Of a stretch of 64,000 nucleotides of DNA, positions 1-11,707 are shown one piece after another. How positions within the stretch are numbered: position 1 is the first letter of the stretch; each line of letters opens with the position of its first letter. Where the stretch lies: assembly GCA_052426225.1 (NCBI GenBank), contig JBNJNM010000015.1, positions 1,054,001 to 1,118,000 on the forward strand, read 5' to 3'. The translations under genes and the position numbers were made by a program. This DNA comes from Zancudomyces culisetae HAW-14-8. Its lineage: Eukaryota; Fungi; Kickxellomycota. Below the pieces are notes generated by a model. It had not been told where the DNA came from and did not search any database. It saw nothing but the letters and a program-made list of their open reading frames with translations.

Positions 1-3000
1 ATAATAAATATATGTGCTAACGAAAAACCCTAAAAAAAAAAAGATGGTATTGTTGTCCATTTTGGTGGGTTTTATACCAAAATTTTATTTTGAACCTTTG
101 CAATCAGGTATTTCAGTGTTCAAATGCTAACATTACACTTGGGAACCTTTATTTAATGCTTCAAAAATGCGAAAAAAGGGAGCGGCAGTTTGGGCAAATT
201 CAAATAACGTCTTTTGAATGTTCCATTTTTGTGAAATGCAAAAAAAATGACCTTGAATAAGTGCAGTGAACCATTTCAAGTTTTCTGGAAATAATAATAA
301 AAATCACAGCGCTTGCAAAAACAATGATGATGGCACTGATTGATGGATGGTTCACATAACAAATGATATCGCTCTAATGAACTTGTTTTAGCATTATTTA
401 GCATCAATCGACTTTTTTCGAATAAATTGGTACATAATTCTTGGTTTTTTAATTAATGGGGGAGCACATTATCTCATTGAACAAGCATACGAATGTAATT
501 TACGTTTTCTGAGTCAGTTCACCACAACGATGATTTTGATGATAAGTCCAACCAGAGTTTAAGGATACTGAAAAGAAGGTGGATTGACTATTTTCCGCCT
601 CCCCCCTTTTTGTGAATGCAATATAAGAACACATTTATTGTTCACCGTCACTTGTTTTATAAGGTGGTGTATTCTGCCTGTCCCCGTGCTAGCGTACCAC
701 GCACATTAAAAAAACAATATGCAAACCAGCCACTACGGTTTTTTTAGCTATCATCTTTATTTTAGCAGAATAACTACACAAAACCGCAAACTTGCTCTAA
801 AAATGGTGAAACCGGAACATTGGTTGTTCGGGATTTTATACCGCTTTAGTCTCAAATAGTGTTCACTTTCCTCTGAATACACTTTTTTTTTTTGGGAAAA
901 AACCCACGCGAGGCTGAAAATAAAGGGAACAGGAGGAGGTGTAGGTTGTTTTTTCCTTAGTAATTGGCTGATACGCAGTATATTGGAAACAGTGATACTG
1001 TTCCCAGAATTCGAATTTTGTTTTACTCTAGTGTTTTTATTTGTTTACTTGACGGCAGTTCTTTTTTCCGACTTTTCTTTGGGTTGTTTCAAGACATGGG
1101 ACCAAAAAAGGTCAGTTGTGCTGCTTGGAATAACAACTGAGGAGTATGTATAATGAGGTAAAACAGATGGAGCAAGATAGCCACTAATTCGTGTTTTTTT
1201 TGGGGCACATAGGTTTGAAGTTGACCGAAATCTCAACGGGAATGTAGGAAACAATGGAGATATGATCTTTTTCTAGTGGTAGAATGCAAACCGGTGCAAT
1301 TTTAGATAACAAACAATCCTGAACAAAAAAAAAAAGCCTCACGGAATGCAAGAGAAAACTCAGCTTTTCCTTTTCTCTTGTCCTCTAAAAAGATGAACAA
1401 AGAATCAAAGGAGTGGACGGGGAAGAAAACAATTACATGGACAGAAAAGGGGGAAATTTTTTCATTGTTATCATTTCCTTGTGTTGGCATGATTTCCTTT
1501 ATAATAATCAATGATGTTCATCTTGCTGTAAGCACAGCTAATTGATTGTGGAGGTAGCAGACATGTTACTCCTTTTTTTTTCTTTTTGCTTGCATGTATT
1601 GGCTACCGTGTAGATTTAACCTCATCTAGCTAGGAATTGCGCATCCTGATGCATCTCAAAAGCCGACGGAGGTGCAACCTTCAATGACCTCAGCCCCCTC
1701 AAAAACGTGCCATGGGTTTTGGTTGTTTAAATAATATGAAGGTGAAGTATTATGTGCGAATTTTGACTTTCTATGGCAGTACCTCGAGCCCATCATCTCG
1801 CTAGTTGTATGTAGCAAACAGCTTTAGCTATCTTGCTAGATCCCACTAACACATATATGTTATTTCATGCCAATTTTAGTACTAAAATTCAGGGAAAAAT
1901 GAGAATTGATTCAATTCCTGGGATATAATTTTTCAGCTCCTCTAATAAGCAGTTTTGTTAACATTCAATCAGAAGAAAATCCGAGACGAAAACAAAGCAA
2001 AAAACACCCAATGAATTGTTTTCATTTACACATCCGTTGGATGGGCCCCAATTACACCAATTCTTCTTCCCCTCCTTTGCTCTTGAGAAATGGTATATTA
2101 TTTATGTTGGAGTGAGAGTCCACACGATTTCCTATGCTAAACAATTTAACCACTTTTATTCCCATTTTTTACTAGCATATTTTCCAGTGAACTCTTTCAG
2201 CCAATAAATGGTGCGTTTCTATGAAGTGGAAATTCGTTGACTGGTGTGTTGATACTGTTACCAAGTCTGTATGACTTCTGTGTAAAGGTAGAGGGGACAA
2301 TAGTTAAGCATGCTCGTTTTTGTAATTAGTTTATAAGCACTTGATTGTCAATGTCGATTGTTTTCAGGATAGTGATTTGATGGACATTTGTGGGGAGACT
2401 ATACAAGAATACGACTTTCAATATATAAAAAAATAATGTGTATGATTCACATGAACATATTTGTAATAAACTGATTTGGTGTCTAAATACGAACAAAAGA
2501 ATAATTTTCTGATGTCACTTTGTTCCGAATAACACACCTAGGTTTTGGGAAATTGAAAATTGCCGCATTTTCGCCGCTCCATATCTTCAGCATGTGACTG
2601 GCTCTTAATTCATGATGAATAATTAAGGGGGATTTCTTTTGTTCGCAAACCGATTAGATATTTTTAGTTAACACTAAACTTTTAGAAATGTGGGTGTATT
2701 ATTCCAACCAGAAATGTAAGGAAGTTGCCTGGAACTAAGGCTGGGTTAACCGGGTAGACGAGCTATCTTATTTTTTTTACTTTTCACTTAACCTTTTTTG
2801 AGCTTTACCCTGTGCTTTATCTGTGGCTTTTTAATAAGGCATCATTGTATGGTACCTTGATTGTAATCCGAATAGGTAGAATGAAAAAAACCAGTTCACA
2901 ATTTCCAAAGATACGAGTAACTGACTAATGTGCGCCTGTATATGCCACACAGACTTAGCTGAATATATTTGAACATATAGTGGCTTGATTACCAAATAAA

Positions 3001-5413
3001 ACTCAATATAGAATGGGTAATATCTGAAAATCAAATGCTAGTTGTTAGATATTTTTCTTGGACTCAAACAAACATTCCCCGTCTGAGCAGAGTGAAGGTA
3101 TATATGTGAACATATGGGTACCACAATCGTGTCCCAATATCAGCGTTTTGATGTATGGTCTCTGCAGTCTCATGCCTCCACCTTTAAGAAAACCTACGTT
3201 TTTCATTAACACTAACACAGATGTAATGTGGTTAGATACTGGGAAGAAGTCAGAGTATGTGTGTTCTTGGGTTATTAATAGTTTGGAAACTAGCTTTCCA
3301 TCGACTCTCTTAGAAAAGAAATATATATGAGGGTACATACAGGTTGGAATACTAGTACACGAATATATTTTGAATTGTATTTATCACTATCCCTAAAATT
3401 TTATCATGAGAAAGGGGCTTATGGGAGCCTTATAGTTGAACAGAGAAGAAAATAGATAAAAGGTTGAATTCAAATAACAGCAAATTGCCATCATTTACGT
3501 ATAAAAATTTAATATGTTTAATTGTGTTTGCTTGATTGAGCCAAAGTCACATTGTTGCCTTCCGAGCAAAGAAGCCCATGTTGCTCTTTAACGACTTGTT
3601 AACCACGAGATATATTTGATTTTAAGATAGAGGAACTGATATGGTTGCTGTTGATTTTAAGACTGGTTTGAATTGGCAAAGTTGGTGAGAAGAGAAAGGA
3701 GAAAGAGAAGGGTGATGAAGGTGAAAAGCGCAAATGTATGTACTAAATATTTATAAATGTATCCCTTTTCAAATGCATCTGTTATAATTTTAACCTATAG
3801 TCCTGGGTCAGCTTTTCGATATTAATGAATAAAGAACCACCTATAACTGCAACAACAAAATGAAACAACAAAAAGCTACAGCAAATAATAAACCGCATAC
3901 TTTTAGCAAAACACATCCCCCGGCGTTCATCCTTTATATGATGCAGTAAACAGTAAATACTGGTGAGCCGAATCTTAACCGTGTTGATACGCAATAAGTT
4001 GCGGGTGTTGTATTTCAAACGACATTTGTAATGCCATTTTTCTATTATGCGCTTTAGAACAAAGAGAGAAAATCGACTGGCTTTGGGATTTTTAAATTAG
4101 ATTTGCCAATAATATTAGAATATGTATTTGATTACTTTCACGCAAATAGAGTCGATATTATTTATTTGTTGGATTAGTAAATGTATACCTGTGATTATAT
4201 TGCTGAAGAAAAAGAGCATTGTCCTGAGCTTTATAGTTTACGTTCTCTGTGCCTGACGAAAAATGCCCTCTGAGCAATATTGATCCCTACGAATCCACCT
4301 TTGATTTTAGCTAAAAAAAGACCTTTTTGAGGAAATAACAGAGCTCAGCCAGTAAAACGGACACTTTTATAAAGGCCTTTTTTGCGTTTCTTCCTCCAAA
4401 AAATAGCCCGCTATTTAAAACCAAACAAGAGCAACCCCCCCCCCCCCGATAAAAAAAGATTAGAGACACCAGTTTCGGTACCTTTATTGATATACTTGCT
4501 GGGAAGGGAGAAGGGAAGCAAGGCAAATATTTTATTCGTATTTATCTGATTTTACTCCTAAAATACCAAGTTAGTTGGCAAGGGTAATGTTAGTTACATC
4601 TTTTCTCCAAAGATGGTATGGATTTATGGTAGCTGCACTCGCTCCCCACAATTAATCTCTTTGGGACAAAGAGAAAAAGAGAAGGGATTTGGAGCGATTG
4701 GGTGTTTCAAAGAGAAAAAAATGCCAGGCGACGAATTGTAGTAAGAAGCGAAAGGGAGTTTGGCTGCTTGTCTTTGCCATTGCCACTTTGTGACAACATT
4801 AGCAATGCATTATCCGTGGCAAGCAAAATGGCATAACATTTCCATGTCTATGCGAATTTTGTTTTTCCCAATTTTCCTGCCAGAGTCAGACCCAAAATAG
4901 AATTAATGCTTGGGGGGGGCAGTTTTAACGTAACCTGTTATGTAAACTTCCGTAATATCAGGGTATTTTTAGTAGTGATCTGAAATTGAATACAGAAATG
5001 GTACTACAAACCATAAAACGCTAAATGTCCATATAATTTGGCCAAGAGAAGAAATATTATCCTAAAACTCTTTAACATTTCTACTCATTTATCTTTAGTA
5101 TAATAAAAGAAGTGGGTTCTGTAATACCATCGAATTGGAAGGCAGTAAAGTAGTAGTTGGCTAAATTATTACTAATCCATACTTTTCTAATACTTACATT
5201 TTACATTCTTACATTTTTCAAGTCGGGAAATACAGGATACAATAGCGGACAGACCGTTGGAAATACCAGTAAATTATACATTCAAAGTGTATTAAATACA
5301 GAGAAAAGTGGTGAAATTTGTCGGGACAGGTTTACATATCGCACTTTTCGAAAAAATATAATCAATTTCTAGCTTGTTTAGGAAGTCTGAGACCAAAAGA
5401 ATTAGCAGCGTTT

Positions 5414-5424
5414 TCATATAAAAG
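5414..5424 (+). promoter_or_regulatory. Extended TATA box TCATATAAAAG upstream of KEX2
   Basis: Lies ~140 nt upstream of the ATG. The identical 11-mer precedes the MFS gene and the 16.8-kb pseudogene in sense orientation. Confidence 0.55.
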
Positions 5425-5564
5425 CGGAGTGGGTACACACACGTTGGAGTAACGTTGGAAACTATCAAAATAGAGAATATAGTACAGAGACGCTTAATTT
5501 TAAACCGGACCGTTAATTTTACTGCAATCACTTGAATACGAAAATAGGAAATTTAGAAACAAAA

Positions 5565-8081
5565 ATGCGTCACAGGATAGCAAGAGTAATTACTGTTTTA
5601 CTATTGGCAAGCGGCGCGCTTGGAAATAGTCTTAATAAGGATGAGTTCAGTATAAAAGACAGAAAATCCGATGAGAATATGACAGAAGCATACAATATGT
5701 TTGCAGAGATGGATAATAAAAAGGAGGATTTGCACATTAAAAGGTATAATGAAGATGGATTTGAGTATATTCATGGAAATTTTGGACTGGGGGCAGAAAA
5801 TAAGGTCAGGGAATATGCAAAACGGATAGACTATGAATATGTGGGTAAAATTGGAGAATTGGAAGATTGGTATGCTCTAAGAAAAAGAGCGATACCACAA
5901 GGATTGAAAAAACGGGAGTATTCGGAAAAAGATATAGCAGAAGAACACCAAAAGATTAGAGAGCTTGGAGAAAATGTGTATGGTGGAAAAGATATTTCAA
6001 GGGTGAATAAAAGGAGGTTATTTAAGAGAGCGGTGGTAACAGTGCCCGCTTCGGAACAGAAAGAAGAGGGAAAAAGTGATAAAAAAGTTAATTGGGAGGA
6101 TAAGGTGAAAATTACAGACCCGTTTTTTGGCAAGCAATGGCACTTATTGAACACCGACAGACCAGGAACTGATATAAATGTGACAGGGGTATGGGCAGAG
6201 GGAGTGACAGGGCGTGGGGTGACAGTAGCGCTAATTGACGACGGATTAGACTACACAAATGAGGATCTGTTTTTGAATTTTGATCTTAAAGGGTCTTATG
6301 ACTTTAACGACAGCACCAAATTACCTACACCGCGGCTTTCTGATGACTATCATGGGACAAGGTGTGCAGGGCAGATAGCAGCGGTACGCAACAATGTATG
6401 TGGAGTGGGGGCAGCATACGACGCAAAGGTTAGTGGAATCCGGATGCTGTCAGGGCAAGTGTCAGAGATGGTAGAAACACAAGCAATAAACTATAAATTC
6501 CAACACAATGACATTTATTCATGCTCTTGGGGGCCAAGTGATGATGGTGCGACTGTCCAAGGACCTGAACCAGTTATGCTTGCTGGGTTTATGAATGGGA
6601 TTAATAAAGGGAGACAGGGTCGAGGGAGCATATATATATTTGCAACAGGAAACGGTGGGGTGTATGGGGACAACTGCAACTTTGATGGTTATACAAACTC
6701 GATATATACCATATCTATAGGGGCAATTGATGATGCGGACAAACATCCATCGTACTCGGAGCAGTGTAGTGCACATCTGGCTGTAACCTATAGCAGTGGA
6801 ACTTCAAGACGTATTTCAACCTCTGATATAGGAGTTCGAGGGTGCACGAGTGGACACGGAGGAACCTCAGCAGCAGCTCCATTGGCAGCTGGGATAGTCG
6901 CGTTGGCTTTATCTGTGCGACCCGATCTTTCGTGGCGAGATGTGCAGCAACTGATGGTCGAGACGGCTGTTCCCGTGGATTTGGAGGATCCTGACTGGCA
7001 GACGGTCGCAGGGGGCAAGTTGAAATTTAACCACAAGTATGGATTTGGAAAGCTTGATGCGTATCGAATGGTCGACCGGGCCAAGTATTTCCAGAATCTG
7101 GGACCACAGGTCAGCATTACAACAGGAGTAATAGCTGTGAACCAGCAGATACCAGAAAAAAGTAGCGCTTCTGATGATTCAGGTGTTTTGGTGAGCAAAA
7201 TCAAGTTCACCAAGGAGCAGGTTATGAGTGGGGACATTGGGTCTGTGGAGCATGTTACAGTGAAGTGCAATATGCAGCATAACTATCGTGGAAGCGTGCA
7301 GCTGATTTTGGAAGGACCAAATGGTGTGCGATCGTTGATAGCACCATCAAGGAAAATGGATAGCAGCCGAGACGGACTTAAAAACTGGAGTTTTACATCG
7401 GTGAAGCATTGGGGAACAACCAAGGAGGATCTTATTGATGGAGAATGGAAATTGCTAATAAGTAATGAGATAAGCAAGGACAGTAAAGATGGTGTTTTTA
7501 TAGACTGGGAGCTAACAGTCTTTGGCGTTAGTGCAAGCATAAAAGGGCCAGCACCACAGCCTCCCAAGTTCAATGAGGAGCGGGATGACGGCTCGAGCCC
7601 CGAGCCTAGCGATGAGGATGGCTCATCAATATTTAACCAGCTTCCTGACAAGCCTGTAGATAAAAGTTCACCAATAGCATCGGAAAATAAAGGGCCAATC
7701 AAAGGAGAAACAGTTCAGTTAAAAAAATCGTTATCATCATCAGCATCACTTGTTTTGGTTGTTATAATATTATTCCTGATGTTTATGACAGCATTACTGT
7801 TGTATAAACTACACAACTTGAACCAAAGCAACAAGAGGTACAAGTTGTTGATGGACCAGTCAACTATGATGTCATCGGAATACGAAAACAACCTAGATGG
7901 ACAGGGAGGAGCAGGAGGCAGACAGGTGATATATGGTGGAGACAATGATGATGATGATGAATCAGTTGATTATGGTGACGATACTTTTGAATACGGATTC
8001 ATCAATGATGATTCAATCACTACTGGTAATGGCGAGGCAAATGAGGATAAAGATGACATGATAGAGCTACAAAAGATCTGA
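5565..8081 (+). CDS. KEX2: Kexin (subtilisin-like proprotein convertase, S8B)
   Basis: First ATG at 5565 followed by a signal peptide. Propeptide ends LFKR. Catalytic motifs IDDG, HGTRCAG, GNGG and GTSAAAP are present, then a P-domain, a TM helix and an acidic cytosolic tail with FEYGF. Confidence 0.97.
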   Translation: MRHRIARVITVLLLASGALGNSLNKDEFSIKDRKSDENMTEAYNMFAEMDNKKEDLHIKRYNEDGFEYIHGNFGLGAENKVREYAKRIDYEYVGKIGELEDWYALRKRAIPQGLKKREYSEKDIAEEHQKIRELGENVYGGKDISRVNKRRLFKRAVVTVPASEQKEEGKSDKKVNWEDKVKITDPFFGKQWHLLNTDRPGTDINVTGVWAEGVTGRGVTVALIDDGLDYTNEDLFLNFDLKGSYDFNDSTKLPTPRLSDDYHGTRCAGQIAAVRNNVCGVGAAYDAKVSGIRMLSGQVSEMVETQAINYKFQHNDIYSCSWGPSDDGATVQGPEPVMLAGFMNGINKGRQGRGSIYIFATGNGGVYGDNCNFDGYTNSIYTISIGAIDDADKHPSYSEQCSAHLAVTYSSGTSRRISTSDIGVRGCTSGHGGTSAAAPLAAGIVALALSVRPDLSWRDVQQLMVETAVPVDLEDPDWQTVAGGKLKFNHKYGFGKLDAYRMVDRAKYFQNLGPQVSITTGVIAVNQQIPEKSSASDDSGVLVSKIKFTKEQVMSGDIGSVEHVTVKCNMQHNYRGSVQLILEGPNGVRSLIAPSRKMDSSRDGLKNWSFTSVKHWGTTKEDLIDGEWKLLISNEISKDSKDGVFIDWELTVFGVSASIKGPAPQPPKFNEERDDGSSPEPSDEDGSSIFNQLPDKPVDKSSPIASENKGPIKGETVQLKKSLSSSASLVLVVIILFLMFMTALLLYKLHNLNQSNKRYKLLMDQSTMMSSEYENNLDGQGGAGGRQVIYGGDNDDDDESVDYGDDTFEYGFINDDSITTGNGEANEDKDDMIELQKI

Positions 8082-8308
8082 TGAATTTTGTTTTTATTTT
8101 ATTTTTATGTTCATACTCCTTGTTTGTTCGTATTTCTTTATTATTTTTAATGTTTTGTTGGTATGCCAACATATTGGGAGGGAAAAAAAAATCCCCACCT
8201 CCTTCGTAAATCTCGGATTAGAAAATAAAAAGTATATATATATAGAAATAAAAGAAAAAACGAGCTGTGGAAAAGAGAAAAACAAAGGGGAGGGGGGGTG
8301 AAAGGTGC

Positions 8309-11300
8309 TCACAATACTAGATTGTCCAAATTACCATCGTTTTTAACAAGCCAGTTTCTGGCATCCCGTTCAGTATACGCTACATTATCTGCACCAAACA
8401 CATTCAACAAGTAGTTGACTTTTGCTACAGAAACCAGCTTGGAGTATTGGTTGGAGATAAACGATTTTACGGTATTTCCAACCAGCAGCTTACGTTTGTT
8501 TCGATCAATAATATTTGTAGTTAGTGCAAAATTCTGAGAAATTGGTTTATGATCACTTTGAATATATTTTGGATATGAAGAATATGCAGAAGAAGGGACC
8601 ATATGACCATTGTTGTAGTAAAAATCAAGTGGATCAAGATTAGAATACCCGGGTGTGCACAACTCGTTTACTGCAGACGATGTTGCCTGAGCCGAAGTTG
8701 GAGTTGGATTTTGAGTAGACGTTGATGAGATGGATGAAGTCGGTGGCAGAGGAGTTGGTTTTTGTGATGAGCGAGGTGGTGGAGGAGGCGGTTTATGTTG
8801 TGGTTGCGAATTAGAATTGATACTAGAAATGCTACTTCGCGGAGTGTAAAGAACCTTGGGTTTTTTGGTACTGTCGGGCTTTGCAGGAGGAGGTGGTGGT
8901 GGCGGTGGTGGTTTTCCATTAGAATTATAAGTATTTATATTTTGCTTTTGATAAGAATACGAGTAGCTTGTGGTGTTTGGAGCAGGTGGAGCTTCATTGC
9001 CAGGAAGATTGGAAGTGCTGTATTTACTGAACTCAAGCGAATATTTTTTTGAGTGCTGTCGTGACTGGGCTCCAGCGGTGTGAAACAAATAACTGGCGCC
9101 TCTATACAAAACTCTATCACAAAAGGCCGGAACTCGGCGTTTTTCACTGGTATCATAAGTGTTTTCAGGATCATTTACATCAAATTTATAAGTAGGATCA
9201 AAGCCAATTTCCTGTTCTCTGAATCCGTAAAACGTCAACACTTTATCTTGGTCTTTACCGTTCATTAGCTTGTACAGCTGATCATGGTCTCTATACAACT
9301 CCCCAATACTATCCGCATACTGGTCCTTTTGTTTGATTTTCAATACCGCTGTGGTATAGTCAATATCATCCAATCTAAAGTTAAGATCACCTCCAACCAC
9401 AACAGCTGCATAATCCAAAAACATACTCCCGTCGCCTCCATCGACAAAGTAATCGTTGCTTATGTTTCCAAGTTCATACAGCTGCTGGGTAAGCCAATAA
9501 GGAAGTCCATCGCCAATCCGGGGCAGCTCTATTCCCTGATATTCAATGACCGAGCTGTTCAGCTGCTGGAATCTTGTTTGCTTTACGATATTCACAATAT
9601 CATCAACCCGGCTCCCTTTTGAAGTCGACGATTGCCCTGCTGATAAATGCCAGTTCGAAAACAAGAGTGCCGTGTCGTTAACTATCATTCGAACACTCAC
9701 CCCGCCTTTGTTCCCATAGATTCCTCCCAATCCTGTTTTGACCTGTGTTGTTTGTACACCATTAATCTTCCGCTGCTCTGTCAGAAGCTCTGATCTTGCC
9801 AGAATACATATATATAGCCCTACCATATCCTCACTTGCCACTACTCTATACTGCCCTCCATACCCACATTCCGCTGTCTCAATCAGCCTGTTTTGCCACC
9901 GGATGCTCGTCTTCCCTGTCTTCCCTGTCTTTCCTGCTGTACTCGATGTCTTTTTCAGAGAAAAGCTGCGTAAGAACGCTGCTGCATTTGATTTGGTGCT
10001 TTCTAAATCTATTGTTTCTTGTAAAAATACAGCTATTATGTCGGCCTTCCTTTCACTGCCCTCGGTTATCCACTTTTTTAGATCCACGCCATTGCTTTCT
10101 ATATTAAGTGCGCCTACATTCCAACTACACACCCGCAACTCTATCCGCTCCTCTGCACTGAACCCATTTGCTACTCTCCGATAGCTGTTGTAGTTCCAAT
10201 CGAACGCAAGAATCCCATCCCAAAAATGATATTCACGTCCTCCATGCACACTCATCACCTGTACGCATCCTCGCTTACTAAGTATAGACCATTTGTCTAC
10301 TATTATGTCGGTTACCTCCTTATTCGCCACTACTTTCCACCGCTTCAGGATGGTGCATCTCTCGCTGCTCTCCAGTGCGCTTGTATCCAAAACTAGTATC
10401 TCCCCTGTGTTCAGCCCTACCCATATCACGTGGCTACTTATTCGTGCTGTACTTGTTATCTTCATTGTAATAGCATCAGCCTTTCGATTTTCCCCTACCA
10501 GAGCACTCCCAATAACCCGTATTATATGCTTCACTTCCTTGTTGCGAGTGTTTACCGCCACTAAACAACCCTTTTCCAACCCTACCCATACCTCTCCGCT
10601 ATTTTTTTTTACTTCTCCCACGTTTTTATTTCCATATTCAATAGTTACTATTGCGCCGGCTGTTCCCTTTCCATTTCGCTCATCCACAACCATCCCTATG
10701 TCTATCACTTTAAGTAGTTCGGCCTTTCCCTGGTCCTTCTCTTTGTTTACCATATTCTCTGAAGTCAGATCCCCCCGAATTCTATATACATACAGTTTAT
10801 CCCCGGACCCTATCCATAACTCTTCTTCAACAAAGCACATCCGCTTAGTAGCCATTGGGTTGTTTTGCCCTCCAAGCACCACTCTCTTCTCGGGTTTTAG
10901 ATTTTTCAGCGCATCCAGATTACTAACTCTTATTCGATATTCCTCCACTACCCCATAATTTCTGACTACCCATATTACCCCATTTCTCTCGCCAGAATAT
11001 ATCCTTAAAATACCCGCACTTGGCGCCGTGGTTCCTAAATCCATTTCTACTTGTGAACCAATCTCATACGCCTTTCCAATTTTTTTTACATCAATCACCC
11101 ACAGTCTACCCGAACTCGTTCCTACTGCTACATACCTGCCCAAATCATCTATTTTAACTTCACCAAAACAGGGTATTGCAGCAACACTAGTTATATATGT
11201 ATTATACTCTGCAATTCCACCACCAGCTACATTCCCCGCTCTACCTGCGTTTATATTGGACATCCCAGTAGCCCCAGTCCCAGTACCCATGCCGCCCGCC

Positions 11301-11707
11301 CTGTTTTTGCTAAAGTACTGGCTTTCCTCAATATCGATAATTTTGTGTATTCCTACTATACAGCCATCTTCAACCATACTACTGATGACTTGCCGCTTGT
11401 CTCCGTAGGTAATATAATCTCCCATTATACACACCAACCCTCGATCTTCTTCCAATCCAGCTGCACTTTCGTATACTACATCTAAATCCTGTAAACCTGC
11501 CCTACCTAATTTGTTTTTTGCTCCAAGTATCGATTTTGGTCCCAACACTGGTGGCCTCTTATTAAATCCGACGCATTCTACCTCAATAATCTGTCCTCTT
11601 TTTGGTTTCATGTCCACCATACGGTCATTGAACTCTTCCCTTAGGTATTTCTTGTCCACTGATGGATACTTGGAAGAGCTGGACCCACTCCTTTCGCCGT
11701 ATAACAT
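8309..11707 (-). CDS. Inositol polyphosphate 5-phosphatase with N-terminal beta-propeller-like region
   Basis: IPPc motifs SWNV, FLQE, GNKGGV, GDLNFR, PTYKFD, PAFCDRVLY and SDHKP. Confidence 0.93.
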   Translation of the reverse strand: MLYGERSGSSSSKYPSVDKKYLREEFNDRMVDMKPKRGQIIEVECVGFNKRPPVLGPKSILGAKNKLGRAGLQDLDVVYESAAGLEEDRGLVCIMGDYITYGDKRQVISSMVEDGCIVGIHKIIDIEESQYFSKNRAGGMGTGTGATGMSNINAGRAGNVAGGGIAEYNTYITSVAAIPCFGEVKIDDLGRYVAVGTSSGRLWVIDVKKIGKAYEIGSQVEMDLGTTAPSAGILRIYSGERNGVIWVVRNYGVVEEYRIRVSNLDALKNLKPEKRVVLGGQNNPMATKRMCFVEEELWIGSGDKLYVYRIRGDLTSENMVNKEKDQGKAELLKVIDIGMVVDERNGKGTAGAIVTIEYGNKNVGEVKKNSGEVWVGLEKGCLVAVNTRNKEVKHIIRVIGSALVGENRKADAITMKITSTARISSHVIWVGLNTGEILVLDTSALESSERCTILKRWKVVANKEVTDIIVDKWSILSKRGCVQVMSVHGGREYHFWDGILAFDWNYNSYRRVANGFSAEERIELRVCSWNVGALNIESNGVDLKKWITEGSERKADIIAVFLQETIDLESTKSNAAAFLRSFSLKKTSSTAGKTGKTGKTSIRWQNRLIETAECGYGGQYRVVASEDMVGLYICILARSELLTEQRKINGVQTTQVKTGLGGIYGNKGGVSVRMIVNDTALLFSNWHLSAGQSSTSKGSRVDDIVNIVKQTRFQQLNSSVIEYQGIELPRIGDGLPYWLTQQLYELGNISNDYFVDGGDGSMFLDYAAVVVGGDLNFRLDDIDYTTAVLKIKQKDQYADSIGELYRDHDQLYKLMNGKDQDKVLTFYGFREQEIGFDPTYKFDVNDPENTYDTSEKRRVPAFCDRVLYRGASYLFHTAGAQSRQHSKKYSLEFSKYSTSNLPGNEAPPAPNTTSYSYSYQKQNINTYNSNGKPPPPPPPPPAKPDSTKKPKVLYTPRSSISSINSNSQPQHKPPPPPPRSSQKPTPLPPTSSISSTSTQNPTPTSAQATSSAVNELCTPGYSNLDPLDFYYNNGHMVPSSAYSSYPKYIQSDHKPISQNFALTTNIIDRNKRKLLVGNTVKSFISNQYSKLVSVAKVNYLLNVFGADNVAYTERDARNWLVKNDGNLDNLVL

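Noticed and set aside
2831-3338. Adjacent short ORFs on both strands, possibly a decayed gene
   Set aside because: No recognisable motif or consistent splice or frame model.
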